A stretch of DNA of 64,000 bases from an uncultured delta proteobacterium (GTDB lineage Bacteria; Desulfobacterota; Binatia; UBA9968): positions 224,001-288,000 of the forward strand of contig CAVXEP010000012.1 in NCBI GenBank assembly GCA_963760795.1. The letters are read 5' to 3'. The translations under genes and the position numbers were made by a program. Positions 51,532 to 64,000 of this stretch are shown here, one piece after another (the first letter of the stretch is position 1; each line of letters begins with the position of its first letter). The notes beneath the pieces are model-generated. The model searched no databases. It saw nothing but the letters and a program-made list of their open reading frames with translations, and was not told the origin of the DNA.

Positions 51532-53016
51532 TCACGGCAGCTTTTGCAGCCTTAAGACGTGGTAACGCCAGGGAGCGAGATCGACATAGAGACCGCGCGC
51601 TTGCAGATCGTTACCGTCGCGATCGTAGTGCGTCATTTTCCAAGCACGATCCTGCAAACGCCATCGGCTGTTGGCAAATCGGCGAACGGCAGTCGGACAC
51701 AGCACTGGCTCTGGTTCGGCGCATAGTTGACCGTCACCAGCAGCCGCTCGCCGCCAGCAGCCCTGCCAGGCGAAAGCGACAAAACAATCCCACGTCCAGT
51801 TGCCGTCCCAGGCGGGAACGCATTCGAGCAGCTGCCAGTGACCGTTGCGTACGACGTCGTGGCGCAGCACGGCAAGCAACCGGTCATAGAATTTCTTCAC
51901 CCGCTCATCGACCGGCTCTTCCGGCCCTCGCACCAGATGCGGTGAAATCCGCTTCTTCCGAGCCTCGAATTGTCCCTGATGAAAGAATCGTAGCCCAGGC
52001 GACAGGAAAGTAATTACCGCCGCAGCTTCATGAACTGCCGGTGAGAAAGTCGCGGCCGCGCGCGGCTCGTCGTGGTTTTCCAGAAAGCGCGCGAGCTTGT
52101 TCTGGTAATCCAACCCCGCGTGAAAATGCTCGCGCACCGGCCGCGCATGACCCTCGCGCAGGCGGTCGTATAGCCGTTTGTCGTAAGCGTAATCGAACCC
52201 CTGTTGCAGCAGCGTCCATTCCCGATCCCAGTAGACCTCGGCCATGAACTGGAAGTTCGGATGCTTGCGCCGCGCGGACTCGGTTGCCTTGGGCCAGAAC
52301 AGCTCAGCCCGGATGCCCCAGGTGCTTTCGAATACGTCGGGCAAGAGCAGCATGGCCATGTCGCAGCGCACGCCGTCGCATTGCCCGGCGATTCTCTCCA
52401 GCTCGCCGATCATCGCCTGCTGCAAATCCGGGTTGCCGTAGTTGAGCTGCAGCGTGTCGGGCCAGCCGTCAAAGTACGGGTCGCGCCCGTAGGCGAGCAC
52501 CAGCGGGCCGTTTTTCGTTTGCACCCGGCAATAGTTCTGCGGCGCGCGAGCCAAATCACTCTCGCTGCCATGGACAAAGTAGTCCGGATGCTCGTCGACC
52601 CAGGGGTGATCCGGCGCCATATGGTTGGGGACAAAGTCGAGCATCAGTTTCAATCCGCGTTTTTTCAGCCGCTGTTGCAAACGGGCGAGCGCCGCATCCC
52701 CGCCGAGATCGCGATGCACGGTGTAGCTTTGGATGGCAAACCCGGAGCCGGCGATGTCTGCTTCTTTGAGATCCGGCAACGTTTCGTGAAATTCCTTGCG
52801 CCATCCGGCGTTGCTGCGTGACACCTGCTGCGCCGCCGGTCCGGTCTGCCAGACGCTCAGGAACCAGACCCAGTCAAAACCCAGCTGCGGCAAGTCGATC
52901 CAGCTCGGCGTCCGGAATATCGTCCAGAGTCGCTGCCCGACCAAGCTATGAGACATCGCTGTCAGCCAGACTCGGCTGTTGATTTGGTAAAGTGAAGGAG
53001 AGCGACGATCGGACAT
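51532..53016 (-). CDS. Alpha-amylase family (GH13) glycosyl hydrolase with local compensating frameshifts
   Basis: LDFVPNH, DGVRCDMA, MAEVYW, FLENHDE; the C-terminal ERLLVTVNYAPNQSQ segment lies in an alternative frame. Confidence 0.85.
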   Translation of the reverse strand: MSDRRSPSLYQINSRVWLTAMSHSLVGQRLWTIFRTPSWIDLPQLGFDWVWFLSVWQTGPAAQQVSRSNAGWRKEFHETLPDLKEADIAGSGFAIQSYTVHRDLGGDAALARLQQRLKKRGLKLMLDFVPNHMAPDHPWVDEHPDYFVHGSESDLARAPQNYCRVQTKNGPLVLAYGRDPYFDGWPDTLQLNYGNPDLQQAMIGELERIAGQCDGVRCDMAMLLLPDVFESTWGIRAELFWPKATESARRKHPNFQFMAEVYWDREWTLLQQGFDYAYDKRLYDRLREGHARPVREHFHAGLDYQNKLARFLENHDEPRAAATFSPAVHEAAAVITFLSPGLRFFHQGQFEARKKRISPHLVRGPEEPVDERVKKFYDRLLAVLRHDVVRNGHWQLLECVPAWDGNWTWDCFVAFAWQGCWRRAAAGDGQLCAEPEPVLCPTAVRRFANSRWRLQDRAWKMTHYDRDGNDLQARGLYVDLAPWRYHVLRLQKLP

Positions 53017-53025
53017 ATTTACGCC

Positions 53026-55766
<2,741 letters not shown>

Positions 55767-56071
55767 GGTTCTCCTCCTATTGGTATTCTTCGCCTACTTC
55801 CCTTTCTCGATCTCCCAGCGCGTCAGTCTTGAACAGTAGGTCACAGAGGAAACGGAGTTACCTTGTTATTAATCTCCGTTCTGTCCGTTGGCTGCTGTTC
55901 AAATTCGTTATCACGTCGATCTTACCTCGTCACTAGACCCTCGACACTCATTCGCCTCAGCGGCCCACGGAGTTGCCAAGAACGAACGCAGCTCGGCCGC
56001 GTCGTCCTTGATCAGCTCGCCGCTCACCGGCTGGTCGCGCCGTGGAGAGTACCGGTGAACTTGAACGAAGG

Positions 56072-56092
56072 CTATTGGACCTGGTCCAATAG
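56072..56092 (-). promoter_or_regulatory. Palindromic activator-like site, copy 5
   Basis: CTATTGGAC-CTG-GTCCAATAG; TACTCT lies 20 nt downstream on the minus strand. Confidence 0.6.
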
Positions 56093-56147
56093 GCCCGGCC
56101 CGGCCAGCTCTGCCCCGCCGAATATTCGACGATACCGTCTGGGAAAG

Positions 56148-56169
56148 CTATTGGACTCAAGGGCAATAC
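56148..56169 (-). promoter_or_regulatory. Palindromic activator-like site, copy 6
   Basis: CTATTGGACTCAAGGGCAATAC; AATATT lies 21 nt downstream on the minus strand. Confidence 0.55.
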
Positions 56170-56244
56170 GGGAATGATAGGGTCATGATACTTTGATGGA
56201 CCCGGAGCGTACCAACTTGCAACGTCAGCGCTCCGCGTCTGCGC

Positions 56245-56706
56245 TCAATGCGGGTCTTTGCCCGAGTGGCTATTCTGCCACGCTTCAAATTGCACCTTGA
56301 TCAACTGCTGCAGGATCGCCATCAGGGCCGCGCCTGTCATGCCGAACATCAGTACCCCATTCGCAGCCTCGAGGGGACCCATCAGCTTCCATCGCGCGCT
56401 CATCACCACGTCACCGTAACCCAACGAGGTGAAGTTCACCGCCGAATGGTAGACCGCCTCATACAGCTCGCTGAATTCCCCCAGGCAGATGAACAAAACT
56501 CCCCAGATCATGATCTGGATAAAGTTGCCCAGCATCATGGCGATCATCCCGATCAGGAGCGGGCGGATTTGCGCGATCAGTCCGCTACCGGATGGCATTC
56601 GGCCTGATTGGCGCATGTAGAACCGGACGCTCCAGAAAGTGAAGGCTGCCTGCAACGTCAGGCATACCAGCATGATCGGCAGCCCAATCATCAGGATCAT
56701 CAGCAT
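56245..56706 (-). CDS. Potassium channel family protein (Ion_trans_2)
   Basis: Selectivity filter TSLGYGD between TM helices; AGGAG RBS before ATG 56706. Confidence 0.85.
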   Translation of the reverse strand: MLMILMIGLPIMLVCLTLQAAFTFWSVRFYMRQSGRMPSGSGLIAQIRPLLIGMIAMMLGNFIQIMIWGVLFICLGEFSELYEAVYHSAVNFTSLGYGDVVMSARWKLMGPLEAANGVLMFGMTGAALMAILQQLIKVQFEAWQNSHSGKDPH

Positions 56707-56722
56707 TGTGCGACTCCTTTGT

Positions 56723-57751
56723 TCAGGTGCGCCTGAAGACCAGCGCTCTGGATCTTGAGGCACGCCAGCGTTCAAGCGCCCACACCGTTGCCCACGCGTA
56801 GAGCGCCACCCCGACAAACAGGGTGACGCGGACGATGGAAGCGGCGTAGACGTCCTTGCCGTTGTCGGAATCCTCGATGGCGGGCCCCAGCAGGATCAGC
56901 ATCGTCACCAGAGCGTTAGCCCAGAACGAGGGTGCAAAAGCAGTCGGCCTAACTCCAAATAGTTTTGCGCCAGCCCATAGCGCTGCAGCCACCATCCATA
57001 ATATCAGCATCCATAAGTTCGGCCGCAGGGTAAGGCCGAACCAGACCAGTGCCGCCATCCATGCTCCCATCAGGGTGGACCCCACCAACTCGCGTCCGGC
57101 CGACTGCGCGTTGGTGGCTCCGGCCTGCTGGCCCAGTGTCACCGTTTTCATGATGGCTGCCAGATAGAAGGCCGGGTTGGTCAGCGCCAGGACGAAGACG
57201 GGCATGACGACCAGCGTGGCCTGCATAGCAGCCCAGCTTGCCGTTTCCGGACTGACGGCGGCGGGCGGCGCTGCGACTTGAGCTGGCGCGGGAGCATCCG
57301 GAAAAAAAGCGTGGGAAACGCCACTGACCAGAACTCCGGTGCCGAGCCCGACACCAACGGCCACGGCCAGACCGGTGGCCAAAGCCTGCTCGGCGACGCC
57401 GGCCACCGGAATAAACGTAATGGCAATCACCAGAAAGATCGTCAACGGATTTGCACTGCGCGCGCCAGCGAAGAACACTGCGTAGAGGAATGCGCCGGTC
57501 AGCAGGATGCCGGTGACAGCGTAGTTTTCCAGGATTGGAACCATCAGCACGCCCACCACCAACAATGCAGCGATGACCATGGCCATCACCGCGCCCTTCA
57601 GGAACGGGATCGGCGGCCCTGGCTTGCAGAGCAACAACACAGTCAACACGCAGACCACGAATGGCATCGGCAGCGCCAGTCCGTAGGCGATCAGCGCGGA
57701 CAGGCCCAGGCCTACGCCCAACCGCAGTATTGCTTTGTCAGCCCGGTCCAT
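56723..57751 (-). CDS. DUF2955 family inner-membrane protein (FUSC-like)
   Basis: About 10 hydrophobic segments; directly downstream of HlyD and TolC-like genes. Confidence 0.7.
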   Translation of the reverse strand: MDRADKAILRLGVGLGLSALIAYGLALPMPFVVCVLTVLLLCKPGPPIPFLKGAVMAMVIAALLVVGVLMVPILENYAVTGILLTGAFLYAVFFAGARSANPLTIFLVIAITFIPVAGVAEQALATGLAVAVGVGLGTGVLVSGVSHAFFPDAPAPAQVAAPPAAVSPETASWAAMQATLVVMPVFVLALTNPAFYLAAIMKTVTLGQQAGATNAQSAGRELVGSTLMGAWMAALVWFGLTLRPNLWMLILWMVAAALWAGAKLFGVRPTAFAPSFWANALVTMLILLGPAIEDSDNGKDVYAASIVRVTLFVGVALYAWATVWALERWRASRSRALVFRRT

Positions 57752-57760
57752 CTGCGGCAA

Positions 57761-58953
57761 TCAATAGAGATACGAAAAGTAGCTCATCAATCTGATGAAG
57801 ACCCCGGCAAGCCAGTTCATCACGGGGTGGTCTCCCGTGTAGATCAGCACGTCGGCCTGGCCGCCCATTCGCACCCCACGCAGTCGCTCCCGTTCGGACG
57901 GGTCGAACTCCACGGCCACCGGGAAGCGCTGTGCCTGCCGCAGCCAGTCGCGGCTGTTCTCGACCGCAGGCAGGGTGCCGGGTTGAGGTTGCTTTCCGGG
58001 ACCGACGCCGGTACCTACGCTGCGTACGCGCCCCTTCAACACTTCGCCCGGCATCACGTCGAGCACGATCGCCACCTTATCGCCGGGTTTGACGTTGCCG
58101 AGGTTGTTCTCGGTCATGTCCGCGCTGATCCAGAGATCGTGCATGGCGATCAGAGTCATCGCCGGCGCGCCGGCCTGCGCAAATTGCCCGACGTCGGTGC
58201 GCAGGTCGGTGACCGAACCGCGGGCGGGCGCGACCACTTGAGTACGTTTGAGATCCAGCTCGGCCTTCTCGATCGCCGCGCGTGCACTCAACAGTTGCGC
58301 GTTCTTTTCACCGCTTTCGCCCGCTGTTTCCTGGGCCTGCGCAGATCCGCCTCGGCTTTCTTCTCCTGACTTTGGGCCGTGATCCGGCTGGCCTGTGCAC
58401 TCTGGACGCGGCGGACAGAGAGCGCGCCTGGATCTTCGGCATGGATCTCTTCCAGTCGCGTCGCATCCTGCCGTGCGTAGACATGATTTGCCACAGCCGC
58501 CTGCAGTGACGCCCTGGCCGCTTCCACCGCCGCCGTCGAGGCATTGACCGAAAGACGCACCGACTCGTAGTCTGAACGGCTGCGTTCAAGCGCGATCCGG
58601 TACTGGCTCGGATCGATATCGAACAGGCGCTGCCCGGGCTGCACCTCATCGTTGTTCTTGACGTACACCTTCAGTACTGTGCCCGATACCTCGGCCGCCA
58701 CCGGCACGACGAAGGCCTGAATCCTGGCCTGCGAGGTGTACGGGGTTAGCCGATCCGAAACGAAATACCAGGCCAGGCTCGCGACGATCAGTATCAGCAC
58801 GATGATCGCGCCCAGCCGGCTTCCCTTGCCAGGCGCGGACGGCGGCGATTTCTCTCCTATCGGAGCCGGGGACTCGTCCGGCTTGGACGGCGGCGACGTT
58901 GTCTCTCCAATCGGGGCTGGGGTCTCGTCCGGCTTCGTGGATTCTTGACTCAT
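57761..58953 (-). CDS. HlyD family secretion/membrane fusion protein, frameshifted near 58290-58340
   Basis: DRLTPYTSQA, VAAEVSG, LFDIDP; then VVAPARG, ENNLG, WLRQAQRFPV. Confidence 0.85.
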
Positions 58954-60523
58954 GGTCTTGCCGTTCCGGGACGGCTTTGTGGAGCATCAGCGCCGGGCGC
59001 CGGTAGCGGGTCGTCCAGTATGCCTTTCCATTTACTGCGTTGGCCCATGGTTTCCCGCGTCGCATCGTCCAGCACGGGCCGGTGCGGCCCTGCTCCCAGC
59101 CGCCACCCATCGCCTTGTAAAGGGCAATCAGGTTCTGTGTCAGGTTGCCACGGTTGTTGACCAGAAGGTCCTGTTGGCTGAACAGCGTTCGCTGAGAGTC
59201 GAGCACGCGCTCGAAGTCGGTCAGCCCTTCCCGGTACTGGAGGGTGGCAATGTCCAGCGAGCGCTGCGCGGCCTTTACGGCGTCTGCGAGCAGCGCGATC
59301 TGCTCTCCGGTTTTGGCGAAGCCAACCGCCGCGTCGTCGACCTCGCGGGCCGCCCGCAACACCGAGTCCTGATACTGTTCATAGAACTGCTGGAATCGGG
59401 CGTCCTGGACCAGTACGGCGTTGGTGAGTCGGCCATAGTCGAACACGTTCCAGACCAGGCTCGGGCCGAAGCTCCCACTCAGCACCGACGGCGCCCCACT
59501 CAAAGTCGTGGCTGACAGGCTAACAAATCCCAACAGCGATATCGATGGATAGAGGTCCGCCACGCTCACGCCGATCAGGGCGGACTGAGCGGCCAACTGC
59601 ATTTCTGCCGCCCTGATGTCCGGGCGGCGGCTCAGCAAATCAGCCGGCATGTCTACGATGACGTCCAGTTCAGCCTGCGGGATCACGTCTTTGCCCGCGG
59701 CCATTTCAGGTAATGGGCCCGGAGCTCTGGCGAGCAATGTGCTCAGTGCATTTTCTGTCTGGCGTTGCGCGCCCTCCAGCTGAGGTATGGTGGCCAGCGT
59801 GCCAAGATACAAGGCCTTCGCCTGTTGCACATCCAATTCGGACTCGGTGCCACCCTTGAATAGCCGCTCGGTAATCTCCAAGCTGCGCTTTTGTAGGGCT
59901 GCATTTTCGCGAGCGATCACCAGCCTCGCTTCCACGGTACGGATCAAACAGTAGAAGCTGGCCACTTGGGCGGCCATCAGCACCTGCAGGTCATCGTACT
60001 GGGCGATGCTGGCAAAATAGCCGGCATCCGCGGCCTCGATGCTGCGCCTGAACTTGCCCCAAAAATCGAGCTCCCAGCCCATCTGCAGCCCGGCGTTGAA
60101 AAACACCGCGCTGATGTCACTAGCGCCTGCCCTTTTCTCTCCCGCCCAGAGCACCTCGCCGGTGGCCTGCTGAAACTGCGGGTAGCGCGTGCTGCCGGCA
60201 ATCCCGAGTTGGGCGCGCGCTTCCATGATGCGCAGACCGGCGGTGCGCACGTTTGGATTCACGCGTTGCGCCTCGGCAACGAGCTGCTCGAGGACGGGAT
60301 CATTGAAGGTGCGCCACCACTCCGGTATTTGCCCGCTGCGTGGACTTCGCGGCGCAATGCGCAGCGACTCGAGTGAACCGCCGGTCCAACCGGCCAGCCA
60401 GGAGGGCACTTGCGGTCGCGTGAAGTCAGGCCCCACCGTCGTGCAGGCGCTGAGCAACACGGCCACGGCCCCCGCCAGCCCCACCGCCCGCATTCGCAAC
60501 CTATTGACAGACCTGCCCCACAT
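58950..60523 (-). CDS. Efflux transporter outer-membrane lipoprotein (TolC/NodT family), frameshift near 59080
   Basis: LSAC lipobox, WELDFWG, RRPDIRAAE, LYKAMGGGW; the corrected frame ends ...GTARP-TGA overlapping the HlyD ATG. Confidence 0.85.
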
Positions 60524-60529
60524 ATCAAC

Positions 60530-61654
60530 TCAGCTCGCAGCCTGAGATTTGTGCTCCGCCGCCGCCTTGTCAGGATTGTTAGCGACCCACCGCATGAAGA
60601 TCTGATAACCCAGGGTCAGCAGGGTTGCGCCGACGAACATCCCCACGACGCCGTGGGTTGCCAAGCCGCCCAACGCGCCCAGCAGAATTACGACCATCGG
60701 CGCATCGACACCTCGACCCAGCAGCAGCGGTTTCAGCACGTTGTCGAGCATGCCGGCAACTACCAGCAGCACGGTGTAAATAACGGCCGCCACGGTGCCG
60801 TAGTCGCCGCTCATCCAGATATAGACGATGACCGGCACAGTGACCAGCAGCGCCGGCACCTGCGCGATTCCCAGCACCAGCACGATCAATGCGAGTACGC
60901 CTGCAAATGGAACGCCGGCGATCATCAATAACAAGCCGACGACGATGGCCTGGATGAACGCCACGCCGAGGACACCTAATGCCACCGCGCGAATGGTCGC
61001 CGTGGACAGCTTTGCAAATTCTTCGCCCTGCCCTGTGCCGACGATGCGATCGAAAATGGACGCGGTGCTTCTGGCGCCCGCCTGGCCGAAGGCCATGATG
61101 ATTCCGGCAATGATGAAGGAGACCAGAAACAGCAGCAGCGCGCCGCCGATGCCGGCAACAATCCCCAGCGCGTGTTTAGCCAGGTCACCGAGCTTCGGCT
61201 GCAGGCTCTGAACGACTGCCGGCAAATCCGCATGAGCCCGCGACCAAAGACCATGGACCCTCTTGCCGACGATCGGCCACTCGGCAACCCCCGGCGACGG
61301 TGCGGGAATCTGCAGGGTGTTGTCGCGCACGCTGCCGATGAAATCATGAACTGAATCGCCGAGCGAGGCCAACAGCACAGCAGTAGGCACTCCGATCAGC
61401 ACGATGCCACCCAGCACCAGCAGGGTGGCCGCAAGCCCCTGTTTCTCTCCCATTCTGTGCGCCAGCTTTTGATGCGCCGGATAAAGCGTCACTGCCAGAA
61501 TCAGCGCCCACACCATCAGAGCAAGAAACGGCGAAAAGATCTGGTAGCATAACACCGCCATAGCGAAGACCAACCCGGCCCGGATGAGGACATCTAGCAG
61601 TCTTCCGGATAGACGCTTCTCGAGCTCCAGATCAGGCGTGGAGGGTGCATTCAT
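60530..61654 (-). CDS. AI-2E family transporter
   Basis: ILAVTLYP, DNVLKPLLLGRG, GMFVGA; polytopic. Confidence 0.88.
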   Translation of the reverse strand: MNAPSTPDLELEKRLSGRLLDVLIRAGLVFAMAVLCYQIFSPFLALMVWALILAVTLYPAHQKLAHRMGEKQGLAATLLVLGGIVLIGVPTAVLLASLGDSVHDFIGSVRDNTLQIPAPSPGVAEWPIVGKRVHGLWSRAHADLPAVVQSLQPKLGDLAKHALGIVAGIGGALLLFLVSFIIAGIIMAFGQAGARSTASIFDRIVGTGQGEEFAKLSTATIRAVALGVLGVAFIQAIVVGLLLMIAGVPFAGVLALIVLVLGIAQVPALLVTVPVIVYIWMSGDYGTVAAVIYTVLLVVAGMLDNVLKPLLLGRGVDAPMVVILLGALGGLATHGVVGMFVGATLLTLGYQIFMRWVANNPDKAAAEHKSQAAS

Positions 61655-61733
61655 GGGATCAGCTCCTTCTTCTGCGTTAGTCGTTACCCAACTAATGCGG
61701 GTGCAAGACCCGCTATTAGCCGTGAGCTAAAAT

Positions 61734-62006
61734 CTAATCACTTTTCTTCTCCGGCAGAGGTGGGTTGTTTTTCGGCGACAATTGTTCGGATTTACCGCCG
61801 CGCAACTGGCGCAGAAACTCTTCTTTCGATTTAAACGTCCGGCCAACGAACGCCCCCTGGTGACAGTGATAACTGACTTTGTCCGGACCGTGATGACATC
61901 CATAGCCATCGACGATTCCGGAGTGCGCGGCCGCTGCGCTACTAAACCAAAACAAGATCCCAAGCGCCAGCGGAAACTGCCGAGGCAAGTCATAAAGTTT
62001 TGTCAT
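61734..62006 (-). CDS. Small secreted YHYH-domain-like protein
   Basis: Signal ending AAA-HSG; HSGxxDxxGCH...YHCH motif. Confidence 0.65.
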   Translation of the reverse strand: MTKLYDLPRQFPLALGILFWFSSAAAAHSGIVDGYGCHHGPDKVSYHCHQGAFVGRTFKSKEEFLRQLRGGKSEQLSPKNNPPLPEKKSD

Positions 62007-62233
62007 AGAGAATGTATTTCTGCTTCACAAATTTCATCTATCGGCCCTGGAAGCCTGGGGTTAAAATCAATTCCGATCCTGAGACCTGAACACTGAAACC
62101 GTCTTTGTACCATTCATCGATCGCGGATGACGGTTCTCCCCTTTCCACTCGCCCCTTGACGGCGCTCGGGACCAACACTCAATCAGCCGCGTTTTCTATT
62201 CATGACCACACCGCCGCTAAGACTGATGCTCGC

Positions 62234-64000
62234 TTAATCGACCCAATGCAGCAGGTTGCGGATCACCGACCAGCGGGGTTGCTTATCTGTGGCGAATTGT
62301 CCCAGGACCCAATAGTTATAAAGTTTTTTAAAGGTGCCGTCGCTCTTTTTAAGTTCCACCAAGGCGTTGACGTAATCGACCAGCTCCCGGTCACCGCGCG
62401 CCATCGCATAACTCACCGGTAGCGCGATCGGCGGTTGCGTCATCACAACCGCGTATTCCGGATAGAGCAGGCTCCAGGCCGATCCCGCCTCGGCGCTATA
62501 AACAAAGCCGTCGAAAGTTTTTTCCTTGGGTTGAAAAAACTCTTCGGCGGAATTCACGATCACCAACTCTGCTTTGGGCAGATGCTCGCGCACGAATGAG
62601 ATAAAATAGGGGACATTCAAAATGGCCAGCTTCGGCGCCTGGAGTTTTTGCCGGGCTTCACGGCTGCTGAATTCAGAGCGACGATAGTCTTGGACTACCA
62701 ATGCCATGGTGGCTTCCATGTAGGGCGTCGAGAGACTCGCGGCCTCGGCGCGTTCCGGAGTCACCACCATTCCCGACATGACGATGTCAAAGTAACCTTC
62801 GCTGAGCTGCTGAAACATCTTGCCGCGATCGACGGCCACGAACTCGAGGCCGACACCGAGAGAACGCGCCAGAATATGCGCCATTTCAACATCCAGGCCG
62901 ACAAGTTCTCCCTTGCCGTTAAAGAAACTAGCGGGACGATTATCCTCGAGATAGCCGACTCGGATCACACCCCGGGCACGGATTTTTTTCAGCCCCGATT
63001 GCGACGAATCCATCGGCAATGGCGGCGGCGCTGATTTGTCGAGCTTGGCAGGGCCGGTGGCGAATAACGGCTGCATTTGGCCGATGATCTTATCCCTGTC
63101 GTAGGCGTTCTGAACCGCAAATGAAAAATAGGCGCGCGCGCCAATTACCGCGCCCGCGAGCAAGCCCACCGTAAGCGCTGTCACGGGAACCAAGCGCTTC
63201 CACTGAAAACGCAGAGTCCCGGCCATGGCATAGCCGCCGAGCACCGCAAGGGTAAATAGGTGCATCGCCGAGGCCAAAGTGCCGAATTGCGCAACGAAAA
63301 TCCCCGAGGCGAGGTAAAGTTGCATCATGTCCGCGGGTAGGTGAAGCAGATCCAGCAAAAACGGCATGGCGGCAACCGGCTTGCCGAAAAAGCTTAACAG
63401 ACCGGACACTGTTAAATTGACATACCCCGCAAGGCTGATGGCGGTCTTGGTGAACCAAGCGGCAAACAGGATGAAAAGCAGCTGGAACAGCCTGCCGACG
63501 TTAGGGAAATTGAAGGAAATCGGCACGATCACGTCTACGCTATGCTCAGATTCGGCGCTGACGCTCGCGCCTGCTCCCTTTCGCAGCAGTTCCTTGGCAT
63601 GGTCAGTCAGCATCGGTATGACGATCAGCAAATTGTCGGTGGCGAACGCCATTAACAGCGCGTCTTTTGTGGCCCGGACGATTTCCCGGTAACCGAGCGG
63701 CGTCAGCACCATGATGAGCGCAGGGAGCACGCCAAAGGTCATCAACAGGGCGGCCAAAATATCGGCGATGATATAGACCTGCAAGCGGCTCAATTGCTCG
63801 ATATCCATGGTGCCGGCGGTGCTCGCGGCAATCGCGAAAATACCGAGCGGGGTGAGTCTGGAGACAAATTTCGTGACCCGCTTGAGTGCTTCTTCCATGA
63901 CATCAAAGGCGGCAATCAGTGGCGCCTTGCTCTCGATCCCCATCAGGGCAAGGCCCACCGCGATGCTGAAAAGCACCACCGCCGGCACGATGTTGTTAGC
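62234..64000 (-). CDS. Cation:dicarboxylate/amino acid symporter (DAACS) fused to a family-3 substrate-binding domain; 5' end lies beyond the window
   Basis: TM region with PLGIFAIAA and FNFPNVG, then IRVGY...GELVGLDVEMA...STPYM...LYNYW. Confidence 0.85.
   Translation of the reverse strand, partial: ANNIVPAVVLFSIAVGLALMGIESKAPLIAAFDVMEEALKRVTKFVSRLTPLGIFAIAASTAGTMDIEQLSRLQVYIIADILAALLMTFGVLPALIMVLTPLGYREIVRATKDALLMAFATDNLLIVIPMLTDHAKELLRKGAGASVSAESEHSVDVIVPISFNFPNVGRLFQLLFILFAAWFTKTAISLAGYVNLTVSGLLSFFGKPVAAMPFLLDLLHLPADMMQLYLASGIFVAQFGTLASAMHLFTLAVLGGYAMAGTLRFQWKRLVPVTALTVGLLAGAVIGARAYFSFAVQNAYDRDKIIGQMQPLFATGPAKLDKSAPPPLPMDSSQSGLKKIRARGVIRVGYLEDNRPASFFNGKGELVGLDVEMAHILARSLGVGLEFVAVDRGKMFQQLSEGYFDIVMSGMVVTPERAEAASLSTPYMEATMALVVQDYRRSEFSSREARQKLQAPKLAILNVPYFISFVREHLPKAELVIVNSAEEFFQPKEKTFDGFVYSAEAGSAWSLLYPEYAVVMTQPPIALPVSYAMARGDRELVDYVNALVELKKSDGTFKKLYNYWVLGQFATDKQPRWSVIRNLLHWVD

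Noticed and set aside
58646-60523. 625-aa extended TolC or TolC-HlyD overlap in the ORF track
   Set aside because: Caused by a frameshift near 59080; the corrected frame stops at 58950.

Overview
Bacterial chromosomal window of moderately high GC. The gene repertoire (Bug/TctC receptor, Amidohydro_2, family-5 solute-binding protein, several REP-like palindromes) suggests a Deltaproteobacteria-like lineage such as Candidatus Binatia; this is inference only. There are four blocks. (1) 1-7.2 kb: a lower-GC island with a P4-type integrase next to the 3' end of tRNA-Ala(CGC). It carries CHAD, USP, DUF2934 and small exported proteins plus decayed phage-like genes. (2) 7.3-28.5 kb: core genes galU, dksA, a rubrerythrin-DUF3501-Fur/PerR operon, alr, purH, purD, tsaC, an ornithine cyclodeaminase-family gene, oligoendopeptidase F, cinA, a Tgt fused to an MnmC/MnmD-type methyltransferase, surE and hslR. 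(3) 29-36 kb: a peptide-type ABC importer with no ATPase gene, plus VOC, amidohydrolase and SDR genes. (4) 36-64 kb: an all-minus-strand accessory cluster (lipase, DUF4105, zwf, PLD, patatin, OmpA, aqpZ, GH13, GH63, K+ channel, DUF2955-HlyD-TolC, AI-2E, DAACS-SBP fusion) with many frameshifts. Top leads are the Tgt-MnmD fusion (possible methylated deazaguanine wobble modification) and a six-copy palindrome, CTATTGGAC-N3/5-GTCCAATAG, that sits 20-21 nt upstream of -10-like hexamers and points to a shared activator regulon across block 4.
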